Below are positions 11,801 to 26,800 of a stretch of 64,000 bases of DNA, piece after piece. The position numbers and the translations under genes were made by a program. Positions within the stretch are counted from its first letter, which is position 1. Each line of letters begins with the position of its first letter. The stretch lies in NCBI RefSeq assembly GCF_009914755.1, contig NC_060942.1, one strand, 5' to 3'. The notes under the pieces were generated by a model, which was given only the letters and a program-made list of their open reading frames with translations, did no database searches and was not told the origin of the DNA. Source of the stretch: the human T2T-CHM13v2.0 reference genome, Homo sapiens.

Positions 11801-14800
11801 CCCATAAAAACTAGACAGAAGCATTCTCAGAAACTTACTCGTGATGTGTGTCCTCAACTAAAGGAGTAGAACCTTTCTATTCGTAGAGAAGTTTTGAAAT
11901 GCTCTTTTTGTGGAATCTCCAAGTGGATATTTGGCTAGTTTTGAGGATTTCGTTGGAAGCGGGAATTCATACAAATTGCAGACTGCAGCGTTCTGAGAAA
12001 CATCTTTGTGATGTTTGTATTCAGGACACAGAGAGGAACATTCCCTATCATAGAGCAGGTTGGAATCACTCCTTTTGTAGTATCTGGAAGTGGACATTTG
12101 GAGCGCTTTCAGGCCTATGTTGAAAAAGGAAATATCTTCCCATAACAACTAGACACAAGCATTCTCAGAAACTTGTTTGTGATGTGTGCCCTCTACTGAC
12201 AGAGTTGAACCTTTCCTTTCATAGAGCAGTTTTGAAACACTCTTTTTGTAGAATCTGCAAGAGGATATTTGCATAGCTTTGAGGATTTCGTGGGAAACGG
12301 GATTGTCTTCAGGTAAAATCTAGACAGAAGCATTCTCAGAAACTTCTTTGGGATGTTTACATTCAAGTCACAAAGTAGAACATTCCCTTTGGTAGAGCAG
12401 GTTTGAAACCCTCTTTTTGTAGTATCTGGAAGTGGACATTTGGAGCGCTTTCTGGCCCATGTTGCAAAGGGAAATATCTTCCCGTAACAACTAGGCAGAA
12501 GCATTCTCAGAAACTTATTTGAGATGTGTGTACTCAACTAAGAGAATTGAACCACCGTTTTGAAGGAGCAGTTTTGAAACACTCTTTTTCTGGAATCTGC
12601 AAGAGGATATTTGCCTAGCCTTGAGGATTTCGTTGGAAACGGGATTGTCTTCAGATCAAATCTAGACAGAAGCATTCTCAGAAACTTCTTTGGGATGTTT
12701 GCATTCAAGTCACAGAGTAGAACATTCCCTTTGGTAGAGCAGGTTTGAAACACTCTTTTTTTAGTATATGGAAGTGGACATTTGGAGCGCTTTCAGGCCT
12801 ACGTTGGAAAAGGAAATATCTTCCCATAACAACTAGACAGAAGCATTCTCAGAAACTAGTTTCTGATGTGTGTCCTCAACTAACACAGTTGAACTTTTCT
12901 TTAGACAGAACAGTTTTGAAACACTCTTTTTGTGGAATCTGCAAGTGGCTATTTGGCTAGATTTGAGGATTTCGTTGGAAACGGGATTACATATAAAAAG
13001 CAGACAGCAGCATTCTCAGAAAGTTCTTTGTGATGACTGCATTCAAGTCACAGAATTGAACATTCCCTTTCACAGAGCAGGTTTGAAACCCTCTTTTTGT
13101 AGTGTGTGTAAGTGGACATTTGGAGCGCTTTCCGGCCTAAGGTGAAAAAGGAAATATCTTCCCATAAAAACTAGACAGAAGCATTCTCAGAAACTTACTC
13201 GTGATGTGTGTCCTCAACTAAAGGAGTAGAACCTTTCTATTCATAGAGAAGTTTTCAAACGCTCTTTTTGTGGAATCTCCAAGTGGATATTTGGCTAGTT
13301 TTGAGGATTTCGTTGGAAGCGGGAATTCATACAAATTGCAGACTGCAGCGTTATGAGAAACATCTTTGTGATGTTTGTATTCAGGACACAGAGATGAACA
13401 TTCCCTATCAGAGCAGGTTGGAATCACTCCTTTTGTAGTATCTGGAAGTGGACATTTGGAGCGCTTTCAGGCCTATGTTGAAAAAGGAAATATCTTCCCA
13501 TAACAACTAGACACAAGCATTCTCAGAAACTTGTTTGTGATGTGTACCCTGTACTGACAGAGTTGAACCTTTCTTTTCATAGAGCAGTTTTGAAACACTC
13601 TTTTTGTAGAATCTGCAAGAGGATATTTGCATAGCTTTGAGGATTTCGTGGGAAACGGGATTGTCTTCAGGTAAAATCTAGACAGAAGCATTCTCAGAAA
13701 CTTCTTTGGGATGTTTGCATTCAAGTCACAGAGTAGAACATTCCCTTTGGTAGAGCAGGTTTGAAACCCTCTTTTTGTAGTATCTGGAAGTGGACATTTG
13801 GAGCGCTTTCAGGCCCATGTTGGAAAGGGAAATATCTTCCCGTAACAACTAGGCAGAAGCATTCTCAGAAACTTATTTGAGATGTGTGTACTCAACTAAG
13901 AGAATTGAACCACCGTTTTGAAGGAGCAGTTTTGAAACACTCTTTTTCTGGAATCTGCAAGAGGATATTTGCCTAGCCTTGAGGATTTCGTTGGAAACGG
14001 GATTGTCTTCAGATAAAATCTAGACAGAAGCATTCTCAGAAACTTCTTTGGGATGTTTGCATTCAAGTCACAGAGTAGAATATTCCCTTTGGTAGAGCAG
14101 GTTTGAAACACTCTTTTTTTAGTATATGGAATTGGACATTTGGAGCGCTTTCAGGCCTACGTTGGAAAAGGAAATATCTTCCCATAACAACTAGACAGAA
14201 GCATTCTCAGAAACTAGTTTCTGATGTGTGTCCTCAACTAACACAGTTGAACTTTTCTATAGACAGGACAGTTTTGAAACACTCTTTTTGTGGAATCTGC
14301 AAGTGGATATTTAGCTAGATTTGAGGATTTCGTTGGAAACGGGATTACATATAAAAAGCAGACAGCAGCATTCTCAGAAAGTTCTTTGTGATGATTGCAT
14401 TCAAGTCACAGAATTGAACATTCCCTTTCAAAGAGCAGGTTTGAAACACTCTTTATGTAGTGTGTGTAAGTGGACATTTGGAGCGCTTTCCGGCCTAAGG
14501 TGAAAAAGGAAATATCTTCCCATAAAAACTAGACAGAAGCATTCTCAGAAACTTACTCGTGATGTGTGTCCTCAACTTAAGGAGTAGAAGCTTTCTATTC
14601 ATAGAGAAGTTTTGAAACGCTCTTTTTGTGGAATCTCCAAGTGGATATTTGGCTAGTTTTGAGGATTTCGTTGGAAGCGGGAATTCATACAAATTGCAGA
14701 CTGCAGCGTTCTGAGAAACATCTTTGTGATGTTTGTATTCAGGACACAGAGATGAACATTCCCTATCATAGAGCAGGTTGGAATCACTCCTTTTGTAGTA

Positions 14801-17800
14801 TCTGGAAGTGGACATTTGGAGCGCTTTCAGGCCTATGTTGAAAAAGGAAATATCTTCCCATAACAACTAGACACAAGCATTCTCAGAAACTTGTTTGTGA
14901 TGTGTGCCCTCTACTGACAGAGTTGAACCTTTCTTTTCATAGAGCAGTTTTGAAACACTCTTTTTGTAGAATCTGCAAGAGGATATTTGCATAGCTTTGA
15001 GGATTTCGTGGGAAACGGGATTGTCTTCAGGTAAAATCTAGACAGAAGCATTCTCAGAAACTTCTTTGGGATGTTTGCATTCAAGTCACAGAGTAGAACA
15101 TTCCCTTTGGTAGAGCAGGTTTGAAACCCTCTTTTTGTAGTATCTGGAAGTGGACATTTGGAGCGCTTTCAGGCCCATGTTGGAAAGGGAAATATCTTCC
15201 CGTAACAACTAGGCAGAAGCATTCTCAGAAACTTATTTGAGATGTGTGTACTCAACTAAGAGAATTGAACCACCGTTTTGAAGGAGCAGTTTTGAAACAC
15301 TCTTTTTCTGGAATCTGCAAGAGTATATTTGCCTAGCCTTGAGAATTTCGTTGGAAACGGGATTGTCTTCAGATCAAATCTAGACAGAAGCATTCTCAGA
15401 AACTTCTTTGGGATGTTTGCATTCAAGTCACAGAGTAGAACATTCCCTTTGGTAGAGCAGGTTTGAAACACTCTTTTTTTAGTATATGGAAGTGGACATT
15501 TGGAGCGCTTTCAGGCCTACGTTGGAAAAGGAAATATCTTCCCATAACAACTAGACAGAAGCATTCTCAGAAACTAGTTTCTGATGTGTGTCCTCAACTA
15601 ACACAGTTGAACTTTTCTTTAGACAGAACAGTTTTGAAACACTCTTTTTGTGGAATCTGCAAGTGGATATTTGGCTAGATTTGAGGATTTCGTTGGAAAC
15701 GGGATTACATATAAAAAGCAGACAGCAGCATTCTCAGAAAGTTCTTTGTGATGATTGCATTCAAGTCACAGAATTGAACATTCCCTTTCACAGAGCAGGT
15801 TTGAAACACTCTTTTTGTAGTGTGTGTAAGTGGACATTTGGAGCGCTTTCCGGCCTAAGGTGAAAAAGGAAATATCTTCCCATAAAAACTAGACAGAAGC
15901 ATTCTCAGAAACTTACTCGTGATGTGTGTCCTCAACTAAAGGAGTAGAACCTTTCTATTCGTAGAGAAGTTTTGAAATGCTCTTTTTGTGGAATCTCCAA
16001 GTGGATATTTGGCTAGTTTTGAGGATTTCGTTGGAAGCGGGAATTCATACAAATTGCAGACTGCAGCGTTCTGAGAAACATCTTTGTGATGTTTGTATTC
16101 AGGACACAGAGAGGAACATTCCCTATCATAGAGCAGGTTGGAATCACTCCTTTTGTAGTATCTGGAAGTGGACATTTGGAGCGCTTTCAGGCCTATGTTG
16201 AAAAAGGAAATATCTTCCCATAACAACTAGACACAAGCATTCTCAGAAACTTGTTTGTGATGTGTGCCCTCTACTGACAGAGTTGAACCTTTCCTTTCAT
16301 AGAGCAGTTTTGAAACACTCTTTTTGTAGAATCTGCAAGAGGATATTTGCATAGCTTTGAGGATTTCGTGGGAAACGGGATTGTCTTCAGGTAAAATCTA
16401 GACAGAAGCATTCTCAGAAACTTCTTTGGGATGTTTACATTCAAGTCACAAAGTAGAACATTCCCTTTGGTAGAGCAGGTTTGAAACCCTCTTTTTGTAG
16501 TATCTGGAAGTGGACATTTGGAGCGCTTTCTGGCCCATGTTGCAAAGGGAAATATCTTCCCGTAACAACTAGGCAGAAGCATTCTCAGAAACTTATTTGA
16601 GATGTGTGTACTCAACTAAGAGAATTGAACCACCGTTTTGAAGGAGCAGTTTTGAAACACTCTTTTTCTGGAATCTGCAAGAGGATATTTGCCTAGCCTT
16701 GAGGATTTCGTTGGAAACGGGATTGTCTTCAGATCAAATCTAGACAGAAGCATTCTCAGAAACTTCTTTGGGATGTTTGCATTCAAGTCACAGAGTAGAA
16801 CATTCCCTTTGGTAGAGCAGGTTTGAAACACTCTTTTTTTAGTATATGGAAGTGGACATTTGGAGCGCTTTCAGGCCTACGTTGGAAAAGGAAATATCTT
16901 CCCATAACAACTAGACAGAAGCATTCTCAGAAACTAGTTTCTGATGTGTGTCCTCAACTAACACAGTTGAACTTTTCTTTAGACAGAACAGTTTTGAAAC
17001 ACTCTTTTTGTGGAATCTGCAAGTGGCTATTTGGCTAGATTTGAGGATTTCGTTGGAAACGGGATTACATATAAAAAGCAGACAGCAGCATTCTCAGAAA
17101 GTTCTTTGTGATGACTGCATTCAAGTCACAGAATTGAACATTCCCTTTCACAGAGCAGGTTTGAAACCCTCTTTTTGTAGTGTGTGTAAGTGGACATTTG
17201 GAGCGCTTTCCGGCCTAAGGTGAAAAAGGAAATATCTTCCCATAAAAACTAGACAGAAGCATTCTCAGAAACTTACTCGTGATGTGTGTCCTCAACTAAA
17301 GGAGTAGAACCTTTCTATTCATAGAGAAGTTTTCAAACGCTCTTTTTGTGGAATCTCCAAGTGGATATTTGGCTAGTTTTGAGGATTTCGTTGGAAGCGG
17401 GAATTCATACAAATTGCAGACTGCAGCGTTATGAGAAACATCTTTGTGATGTTTGTATTCAGGACACAGAGATGAACATTCCCTATCAGAGCAGGTTGGA
17501 ATCACTCCTTTTGTAGTATCTGGAAGTGGACATTTGGAGCGCTTTCAGGCCTATGTTGAAAAAGGAAATATCTTCCCATAACAACTAGACACAAGCATTC
17601 TCAGAAACTTGTTTGTGATGTGTACCCTGTACTGACAGAGTTGAACCTTTCTTTTCATAGAGCAGTTTTGAAACACTCTTTTTGTAGAATCTGCAAGAGG
17701 ATATTTGCATAGCTTTGAGGATTTCGTGGGAAACGGGATTGTCTTCAGGTAAAATCTAGACAGAAGCATTCTCAGAAACTTCTTTGGGATGTTTGCATTC

Positions 17801-20800
17801 AAGTCACAGAGTAGAACATTCCCTTTGGTAGAGCAGGTTTGAAACCCTCTTTTTGTAGTATCTGGAAGTGGACATTTGGAGCGCTTTCAGGCCCATGTTG
17901 GAAAGGGAAATATCTTCCCGTAACAACTAGGCAGAAGCATTCTCAGAAACTTATTTGAGATGTGTGTACTCAACTAAGAGAATTGAACCACCGTTTTGAA
18001 GGAGCAGTTTTGAAACACTCTTTTTCTGGAATCTGCAAGAGGATATTTGCCTAGCCTTGAGGATTTCGTTGGAAACGGGATTGTCTTCAGATAAAATCTA
18101 GACAGAAGCATTCTCAGAAACTTCTTTGGGATGTTTGCATTCAAGTCACAGAGTAGAATATTCCCTTTGGTAGAGCAGGTTTGAAACACTCTTTTTTTAG
18201 TATATGGAATTGGACATTTGGAGCGCTTTCAGGCCTACGTTGGAAAAGGAAATATCTTCCCATAACAACTAGACAGAAGCATTCTCAGAAACTAGTTTCT
18301 GATGTGTGTCCTCAACTAACACAGTTGAACTTTTCTATAGACAGGACAGTTTTGAAACACTCTTTTTGTGGAATCTGCAAGTGGATATTTAGCTAGATTT
18401 GAGGATTTCGTTGGAAACGGGATTACATATAAAAAGCAGACAGCAGCATTCTCAGAAAGTTCTTTGTGATGATTGCATTCAAGTCACAGAATTGAACATT
18501 CCCTTTCAAAGAGCAGGTTTGAAACACTCTTTATGTAGTGTGTGTAAGTGGACATTTGGAGCGCTTTCCGGCCTAAGGTGAAAAAGGAAATATCTTCCCA
18601 TAAAAACTAGACAGAAGCATTCTCAGAAACTTACTCGTGATGTGTGTCCTCAACTAAAGGAGTAGAACCTTTCTATTCATAGAGAAGTTTTGAAATGCTC
18701 TTTTTGTGGAATCTCCAAGTGGATATTTGGCTAGTTTTGAGGATTTCGTTGGAAGCGGGAATTCATACAAATTGCAGACTGCAGCGTTCTGAGAAACATC
18801 TTTGTGATGTTTGTATTCAGGACACAGAGATGAACATTCCCTATGATAGAGCAGGTTGGAATCACTCCTTTTGTAGTATCTGGAAGTGGACATTTGGAGC
18901 GCTTTCAGGCCTATGTTGAAAAAGGAAATATCTTCCCATAACAACTAGACACAAGCATTCTCAGAAACTTGTTTGTGATGTGTGCCCTCTACTGACAGAG
19001 TTGAACCTTTCTTTTCATAGAGCAGTTTTGAAACATTCTTTTTGTAGAATCTGCAAGAGGATATTTGCATAGCTTTGAGGATTTCGTGGGAAACGGGATT
19101 GTCTTCAGGTAAAATCTAGACAGAAGCATTCTCAGAAACTTCTTTGGGATGTTTGCATTCAAGTCACAGAGTAGAACATTCCCTTTGGTAGAGCAGGTTT
19201 GAAACCCTCTTTTTGTAGTATCTGGAAGTGGACATTTGGAGCGCTTTCAGGCCCATGTTGGAAAGGGAAATATCTTCCCGTAACAACTAGGCAGAAGCAT
19301 TCTCAGAAACTTATTTGAGATGTGTGTACTCAACTAAGAGAATTGAACCACCGTTTTGAAGGAGCAGTTTTGAAACCCTCTTTTTCTGGAATCTGCAAGA
19401 GTATATTTGCCTAGCCTTGAGGATTTCGTTGGAAACGGGATTGTCTTCAGATAAAATCTAGACAGAAGCATTCTCAGAAACTTCTTTGGGATGTTTGCAT
19501 TCAAGTCACAGAGTAGAACATTCCCTTTGGTAGAGCAGGTTTGAAACACTCTTTTTTTAGTATATGGAAGTGGACATTTGGAGCGCTTTCAGGCCTATGT
19601 TGGAAAAGGAAATATCTTCCCATAACAACTAGACAGAAGCATTCTCAGAAACTAGTTTCTGATGTGTGTCCTCAACTAACACAGTTGAACTTTTCTTTAG
19701 ACAGAACAGTTTTGAAACACTCTTTTTGTGGAATCTGCAAGTGGATATTTGGCTAGATTTGAGGATTTCGTTGGAAACGGGATTACATATAAAAAGCAGA
19801 CAGCAGCATTCTCAGAAAGTTCTTTGTGATGATTGCATTCAAGTCACAGAATTGAACATTCCCTTTCACAGAGCAGGTTTGAAACACTCTTTTTGTAGTG
19901 TGTGTAAGTGGACATTTGGAGCGCTTTCCGGCCTAAGGTGAAAAAGGAAATATCTTCCCATAAAAACTAGACAGAAGCATTCTCAGAAACTTACTCGTGA
20001 TGTGTGTCCTCAACTAAAGGAGTAGAACCTTTCTATTCATAGAGAAGTTTTGAAAGGCTCTTTTTGTGGAATCTCCAAGTGGATATTTGGCTAGTTTTGA
20101 GGATTTCGTTGGAAGCGGGAATTCATACAAATTGCAGACTGCAGCGTTCTGAGAAACATCTTTGTGATGTTTGTATTCAGGACACAGAGATGAACATTCC
20201 CTATCATAGAGCAGGTTGGAATCACTCCTTTTGTAGTATCTGGAAGTGGACATTTGGAGCGCTTTCAGTCCTATGTTGAAAAAGGAAATATCTTCCCATA
20301 ACAACTAGACACAAGCATTCTCAGAAACTTGTTTGTGATGTGTGCCCTCTACTGACAGAGTTGAACCTTTCTTTTCATAGAGCAGTTTTGAAACACTCTT
20401 TTTGTAGAATCTGCAAGAGGATATTTGCATAGCTTTGAGGATTTCGTGGGAAACGGGATTGTCTTCAGGTAAAATCTAGACAGAAGCATTCTCAGAAACT
20501 TCTTTGGGATGTTTGCATTCAAGTCACAGAGTAGAACATTCCCTTTGGTAGAGCAGGTTTGAAACCCTCTTTTTGTAGTATCTGGAAGTGGACATTTGGA
20601 GCGCTTTCAGGCCCATGTTGGAAAGGGAAATATCTTCCCGTAACAACTAGGCAGAAGCATTCTCAGAAACTTATTTGAGATGTGTGTACTCAACTAAGAG
20701 AATTGAACCACCGTTTTGAAGGAGCAGTTTTGAAACACTCTTTTTCTGGAATCTGCAAGAGTATATTTGCCTAGCCTTGAGGATTTCGTTGGAAACGGGA

Positions 20801-23800
20801 TTGTCTTCAGATAAAATCTAGACAGAAGCATTCTCAGAAACTTCTTTGGGATGTTTGCATTCAAGTCACAGAGTAGAACATTCCCTTTGGTAGAGCAGGT
20901 TTGAAACACTCTTTTTTTAGTATATGGAAGTGGACATTTGGAGCGCTTTCAGGCCTACGTTGGAAAAGGAAATATCTTCCCATAACAACTAGACAGAAGC
21001 ATTCTCAGAAACTAGTTTCTGATGTGTGTCCTCAACTAACACAGTTGAACTTTTCTTTAGACAGAACAGTTTTGAAACACTCTTTTTGTGGAATCTGCAA
21101 GTGGATATTTGGCTAGATTTGAGGATTTCGTTGGAAACGGGATTACATATAAAAAGCAGACAGCAGCATTCTCAGAAAGTTCTTTGTGATGATTGCATTC
21201 AAGTCACAGAATTGAACATTCCCTTTCACAGAGCAGGTTTGAAACACTCTTTTTGTAGTGTGTGTAAGTGGACATTTGGAGCGCTTTCCGGCCTAAGGTG
21301 AAAAAGGAAATATCTTCCCATAAAAACTAGACAAAAGCATTCTCAGAAACTTACTCGTGATGTGTGTCCTCAACTAAAGGAGTAGACCCTTTCTATTCAT
21401 AGAGAAGTTTTGAAACGCTCTTTTTGTGGAATCTCCAAGTGGATATTTGGCTAGTTTTGAGGATTTCGTTGGAAGCGGGAATTCATACAAATTGCAGACT
21501 GCAGCGCTCTGAGAAACATCTTTGTGATGTTTGTATTCAGGACACAGAGATGAACATTCCCTATCATAGAGCAGGTTGGAATCACTCCTTTTGTAGTATC
21601 TGGAAGTGGACATTTGGAGCGCTTTCAGGCCTATGTTGAAAAAGGAAATATCTTCCCATAACAACTAGACACAAGCATTCTCAGAAACTTGTTTGTGATG
21701 TGTGCCCTCTACTGACAGAGTTGAACCTTTCTTTTCATAGAGCAGTTTTGAAACACAATTTTTGTAGAATCTGCAAGAGGATATTTGCATAGCTTTGAGG
21801 ATTTCGTGGGAAACGGGATTGTCTTCAGGTAAAATCTAGACAGAAGCATTCTCAGAAACTTCTTTGGGATGTTTGCATTCAAGTCACAGAGTAGAACATT
21901 CCCTTTGGTAGAGCAGGTTTGAAATCCTCTTTTTGTAGTATCTGGAAGTGGACATTTGGAGCGCTTTCAGGCCCATGTTGGAAAGGGAAATATCTTCCCG
22001 TAACAACTAGGCAGAAGCATTCTCAGAAACTTATTTGAGATGTGTGTACTCAACTAAGAGAATTGAACCACCGTTTTGAAGGAGCAGTTTTGAAACACTC
22101 TTTTTCTGGAATCTGCAAGAGTATATTTGCCTAGCCTTGAGGATTTCGTTGGAAACGGGATTGTCTTCAGATAAAATCTAGACAGAAGCATTCTCAGAAA
22201 CTTCTTTGGGATGTTTGCATTCAAGTCACAGAGTAGAACATTCCCTTTGGTAGAGCAGTTTTGAAACACTCTTTTTTTAGTATATGGAAGTGGACATTTG
22301 GAGCGCTTTCAGGCCTACGTTGGAAAAGGAAATATCTTCCCATAACAACTAGACAGAGGCATTCTCAGAAACTAGTTTCTGATGTGTGTCTTCAACTAAC
22401 ACAGTTGAACTTTTCTTTAGACAGAACAGTTTTGAAACACTCTTTTTGTGGAATCTGCAAGTGGATATTTGGCTAGATTTGAGGATTTCGTTGGAAACGG
22501 GATTACATATAAAAAGCAGACAGCAGCATTCTCAGAAAGTTCTTTGTGATGATTGCATTCAAGTCACAGAATTGAACATTCCCTTTCACAGAGCAGGTTT
22601 GAAACACTCTTTTTGTAGTGTGTGTAAGTGGACATTTGGAGCGCTTTCCGGCCTAAGGTGAACAAGGAAATATCTTCCCATAAAAACTAGACAGAAGCAT
22701 TCTCAGAAACTTACTCGTGATGTGTGTCCTCAACTAAAGGAGTAGAACCTTTCTATTCATAGAGAAGTTTTGAAATGCTCTTTTTGTGGAATCTCCAAGT
22801 GGATATTTGGCTAGTTTTGAGGATTTCGTTGGAAGCGGGAATTCATACAAATTGCAGACTGCAGCGTTCTGAGAAACATCTTTGTGATGTTTGTATTCAG
22901 GACACAGAGATGAACATTCCCTATGATAGAGCAGGTTGGAATCACTCCTTTTGTAGTATCTGGAAGTGGACATTTGGAGCGCTTTCAGGCCTATGTTGAA
23001 AAAGGAAATATCTTCCCATAACAACTAGACACAAGCATTCTCAGAAACTTGTTTGTGATATGTGCCCTCTACTGACAGAGCTGAACCTTTCTTTTCATAG
23101 AGCAGTTTTGAAACACTCTATTTGTAGAATCTGCAAGAGGATATTTGCATAGCTTTGAGGATTTCGTGGGAAACGGGATTGTCTTCAGGTAAAATCTAGA
23201 CAGAAGCATTCTCAGAAACTTCTTTGGGATGTTTGCATTCAAGTCACAGAGTAGAACATTCCCTTTGGTAGAGCAGGTTTGAAACGCTCTTTTTGTAGTA
23301 TCTGGAAGTGGACATTTGGAGCGCTTTCAGGCCCATGTTGGAAAGGGAAATATCTTCCCGTAACAACTAGGCAGAAGCATTCTCAGAAACTTATTTGAGA
23401 TGTGTGTACTCAACTAAGAGAATTGAACCACCGTTTTGAAGGAGCAGTTTTGAAACACTCTTTCTCTGGAATCTGCAAGAGTATATTTGCCTAGCCTTGA
23501 GAATTTCGTTGGAAACGGGATTGTCTTCAGATCAAATCTAGACAGAAGCATTCTCAGAAACTTCTTTGGGATGTTTGCATTCAAGTCACAGAGTAGAACA
23601 TTCCCTTTGGTAGAGCAGGTTTGAAACACTCTTTTTTTAGTATATGGAAGTGGACATTTGGAGCGCTTTCAGGCCTACGTTGGAAAAGGAAATATCTTCC
23701 CATAACAACTAGACAGAAGCATTCTCAGAAACTAGTTTCTGATGTGTGTCCTCAACTAACACAGTTGAACTTTTCTTTAGACAGAACAGTTTTGAAACAC

Positions 23801-26800
23801 TCTTTTTGTGGAATCTGCAAGTGGATATTTGGCTAGATTTGAGGATTTCGTTGGAAACGGGATTACATATAAAAAGCAGACAGCAGCATTCTCAGAAAGT
23901 TCTTTGTGATGATTGCATTCAAGTCACAGAATTGAACATTCCCTTTCACAGAGCAGGTTTGAAACACTCTTTTTGTAGTGTGTGTAAGTGGACATTTGGA
24001 GCGATTTCCGGCCTAAGGTGAAAAAGGAAATATCTTCCCATAAAAACTAGACAGAAGCATTCTCAGAAACTTACTCGTGATGTGTGTCCTCAACTAAAGG
24101 AGTAGAACCTTTCTATTCGTAGAGAAGTTTTGAAATGCTCTTTTTGTGGAATCTCCAAGTGGATATTTGGCTAGTTTTGAGGATTTCGTTGGAAGCGGGA
24201 ATTCATACAAATTGCAGACTGCAGCGTTATGAGAAACATCTTTGTGATGTTTGTATTCAGGACACAGAGATGAACATTCCCTATCATAGAGCAGGTTGGA
24301 ATCACTCCTTTTGTAGTATCTGGAAGTGGACATTTGGAGCGCTTTCAGGCCTATGTTGAAAAAGGAAATATCTTCCCATAACAACTAGACACAAGCATTC
24401 TCAGAAACTTGTTTGTGATGTGTACCCTGTACTGACAGAGTTGAACCTTTCTTTTCATAGAGCAGTTTTGAAACACTCTTTTTGTAGAATCTGCAAGAGG
24501 ATATTTGCATAGCTTTGAGGATTTCGTGGGAAACGGGATTGTCTTCAGGTAAAATCTAGACAGAAGCATTCTCAGAAACTTCTTTTGGATGTTTGCATTC
24601 AAGTCACAGAGTAGAACATTCCCTTTGGTAGAGCAGGTTTGAAACAATCTTTTTGTAGTATCTGGAAGTGGACATTTGGAGCGCTTTCAGTCCCATGTTG
24701 GAAAGGGAAATATCTTCCCGTAACAACTAGGCAGAAGCATTCTCTGAAACTTTTTTGAGATGTGTGTACTCAACTAAGAGAATTGAACCACCGTTTTGAA
24801 GGAGCAGTTTTGAAACACTCTTTTTCTGGAATCTGCTAGAGGATATTTGCCTAGCTTTGAGGATTTCGTTGGAAACCGGATTGTCTTCAGATAAAATCTA
24901 GACAGAAGCATTCTCAGAAACTTCTTTGGGATGTTTGTATTCAAGTCACAGAGTAGAACATTCCCTTTTGTAGAGCAGGTTTGAAACACTCTTTTTTTAG
25001 TATATGGAAATGGACATTTGGAGCGCTTTCAGGCCTACGTTGGAAAAGGAAATATCTTCCCATAACAACTAGACAGAAGCATTCTCAGAAACTAGTTTCT
25101 GATGTGTGTCCTCAACTAACACAGTTGAACTTTTCTTTAGACAGAACAGTTTTGAAACACTCTTTTTGTGGAATCTGCAAGTGGATATTTGGCTAGATTT
25201 GAGGATTTCGTTGGAAACGGGATTACATATAAAAAGCAGACAGCAGCATTCTCAGAAAGTTCTCTGTGATGATTGCATTCAAGTCACAGAATTGAACATT
25301 CCCTTTCACAGAGCAGGTTTGAAACACTCTTTTTGTAGTGTGTGTAAGTGGACATTTGGAGCACTTTCCGGCCTAAGGTGAAAAAGGAAATATCTTCCCA
25401 CAAAAACTAGACAGAAGCATTCTCAGAAACTTACTCGTGATGTGTGTCCTCAACTAAAGGAGTAGAACCTTTCTATTCGTAGAGAAGTTTTGAAATGCTC
25501 TTTTTGTGGAATCTCCAAGTGGATATTTGGCTAGTTTTGAGGATTTCGTTGGAAGCGGGAATTCATACAAATTGCAGACTGCAGCGTTCTGAGAAACATC
25601 TTTGTGATGTTTGTATTCAGGACACAGAGAGGAACATTCCCTATCATAGAGCAGGTTGGAATCACTCCTTTTGTAGTATCTGGAAGTGGACATTTGGAGC
25701 GCTTTCAGGCCTATGTTGAAAAAGGAAATATCTTCCCATAACAACTAGACACAAGCATTCTCAGAAACTTGTTTGTGATGTGTGCCCTCTACTGACAGAG
25801 TTGAACCTTTCTTTTCATAGAGCAGTTTTGAAACACTCTTTTTGTAGAATCTGCAAGAGGATATTTGCATAGCTTTGAGGATTTCGTGGGAAACGGGATT
25901 GTCTTCAGGTAAAATCTAGACAGAAGCATTCTCAGAAACTTCTTTTGGATGTTTGCATTCAAGTCACAGAGTAGAACATTCCCTTTGGTAGAGCAGGTTT
26001 GAAACAATCTTTTTGTAGTATCTGGAAGTGGACATTTGGAGCGCTTTCAGTCCCATGTTGGAAAGGGAAATATCTTCCCGTAACAACTAGGCAGAAGCAT
26101 TCTCTGAAACTTTTTTGAGATGTGTGTACTCAACTAAGAGAATTGAACCACCGTTTTGAAGGAGCAGTTTTGAAACACTCTTTTTCTGGAATCTGCTAGA
26201 GGATATTTGCCTAGCTTTGAGGATTTCGTTGGAAACCGGATTGTCTTCAGATAAAATCTAGACAGAAGCATTCTCAGAAACTTCTTTGGGATGTTTGTAT
26301 TCAAGTCACAGAGTAGAACATTCCCTTTTGTAGAGCAGGTTTGAAACACTCTTTTTTTAGTATATGGAAATGGACATTTGGAGCGCTTTCAGGCCTACGT
26401 TGGAAAAGGAAATATCTTCCCATAACAACTAGACAGAAGCATTCTCAGAAACTAGTTTCTGATGTGTGTCCTCAACTAACACAGTTGAACTTTTCTTTAG
26501 ACAGAACAGTTTTGAAACACTCTTTTTGTGGAATCTGCAAGTGGATATTTGGCTAGATTTGAGGATTTCGTTGGAAACGGGATTACATATAAAAAGCAGA
26601 CAGCAGCATTCTCAGAAAGTTCTCTGTGATGATTGCATTCAAGTCACAGAATTGAACATTCCCTTTCACAGAGCAGGTTTGAAACACTCTTTTTGTAGTG
26701 TGTGTAAGTGGACATTTGGAGCACTTTCCGGCCTAAGGTGAAAAAGGAAATATCTTCCCACAAAAACTAGACAGAAGCATTCTCAGAAACTTACTCGTGA

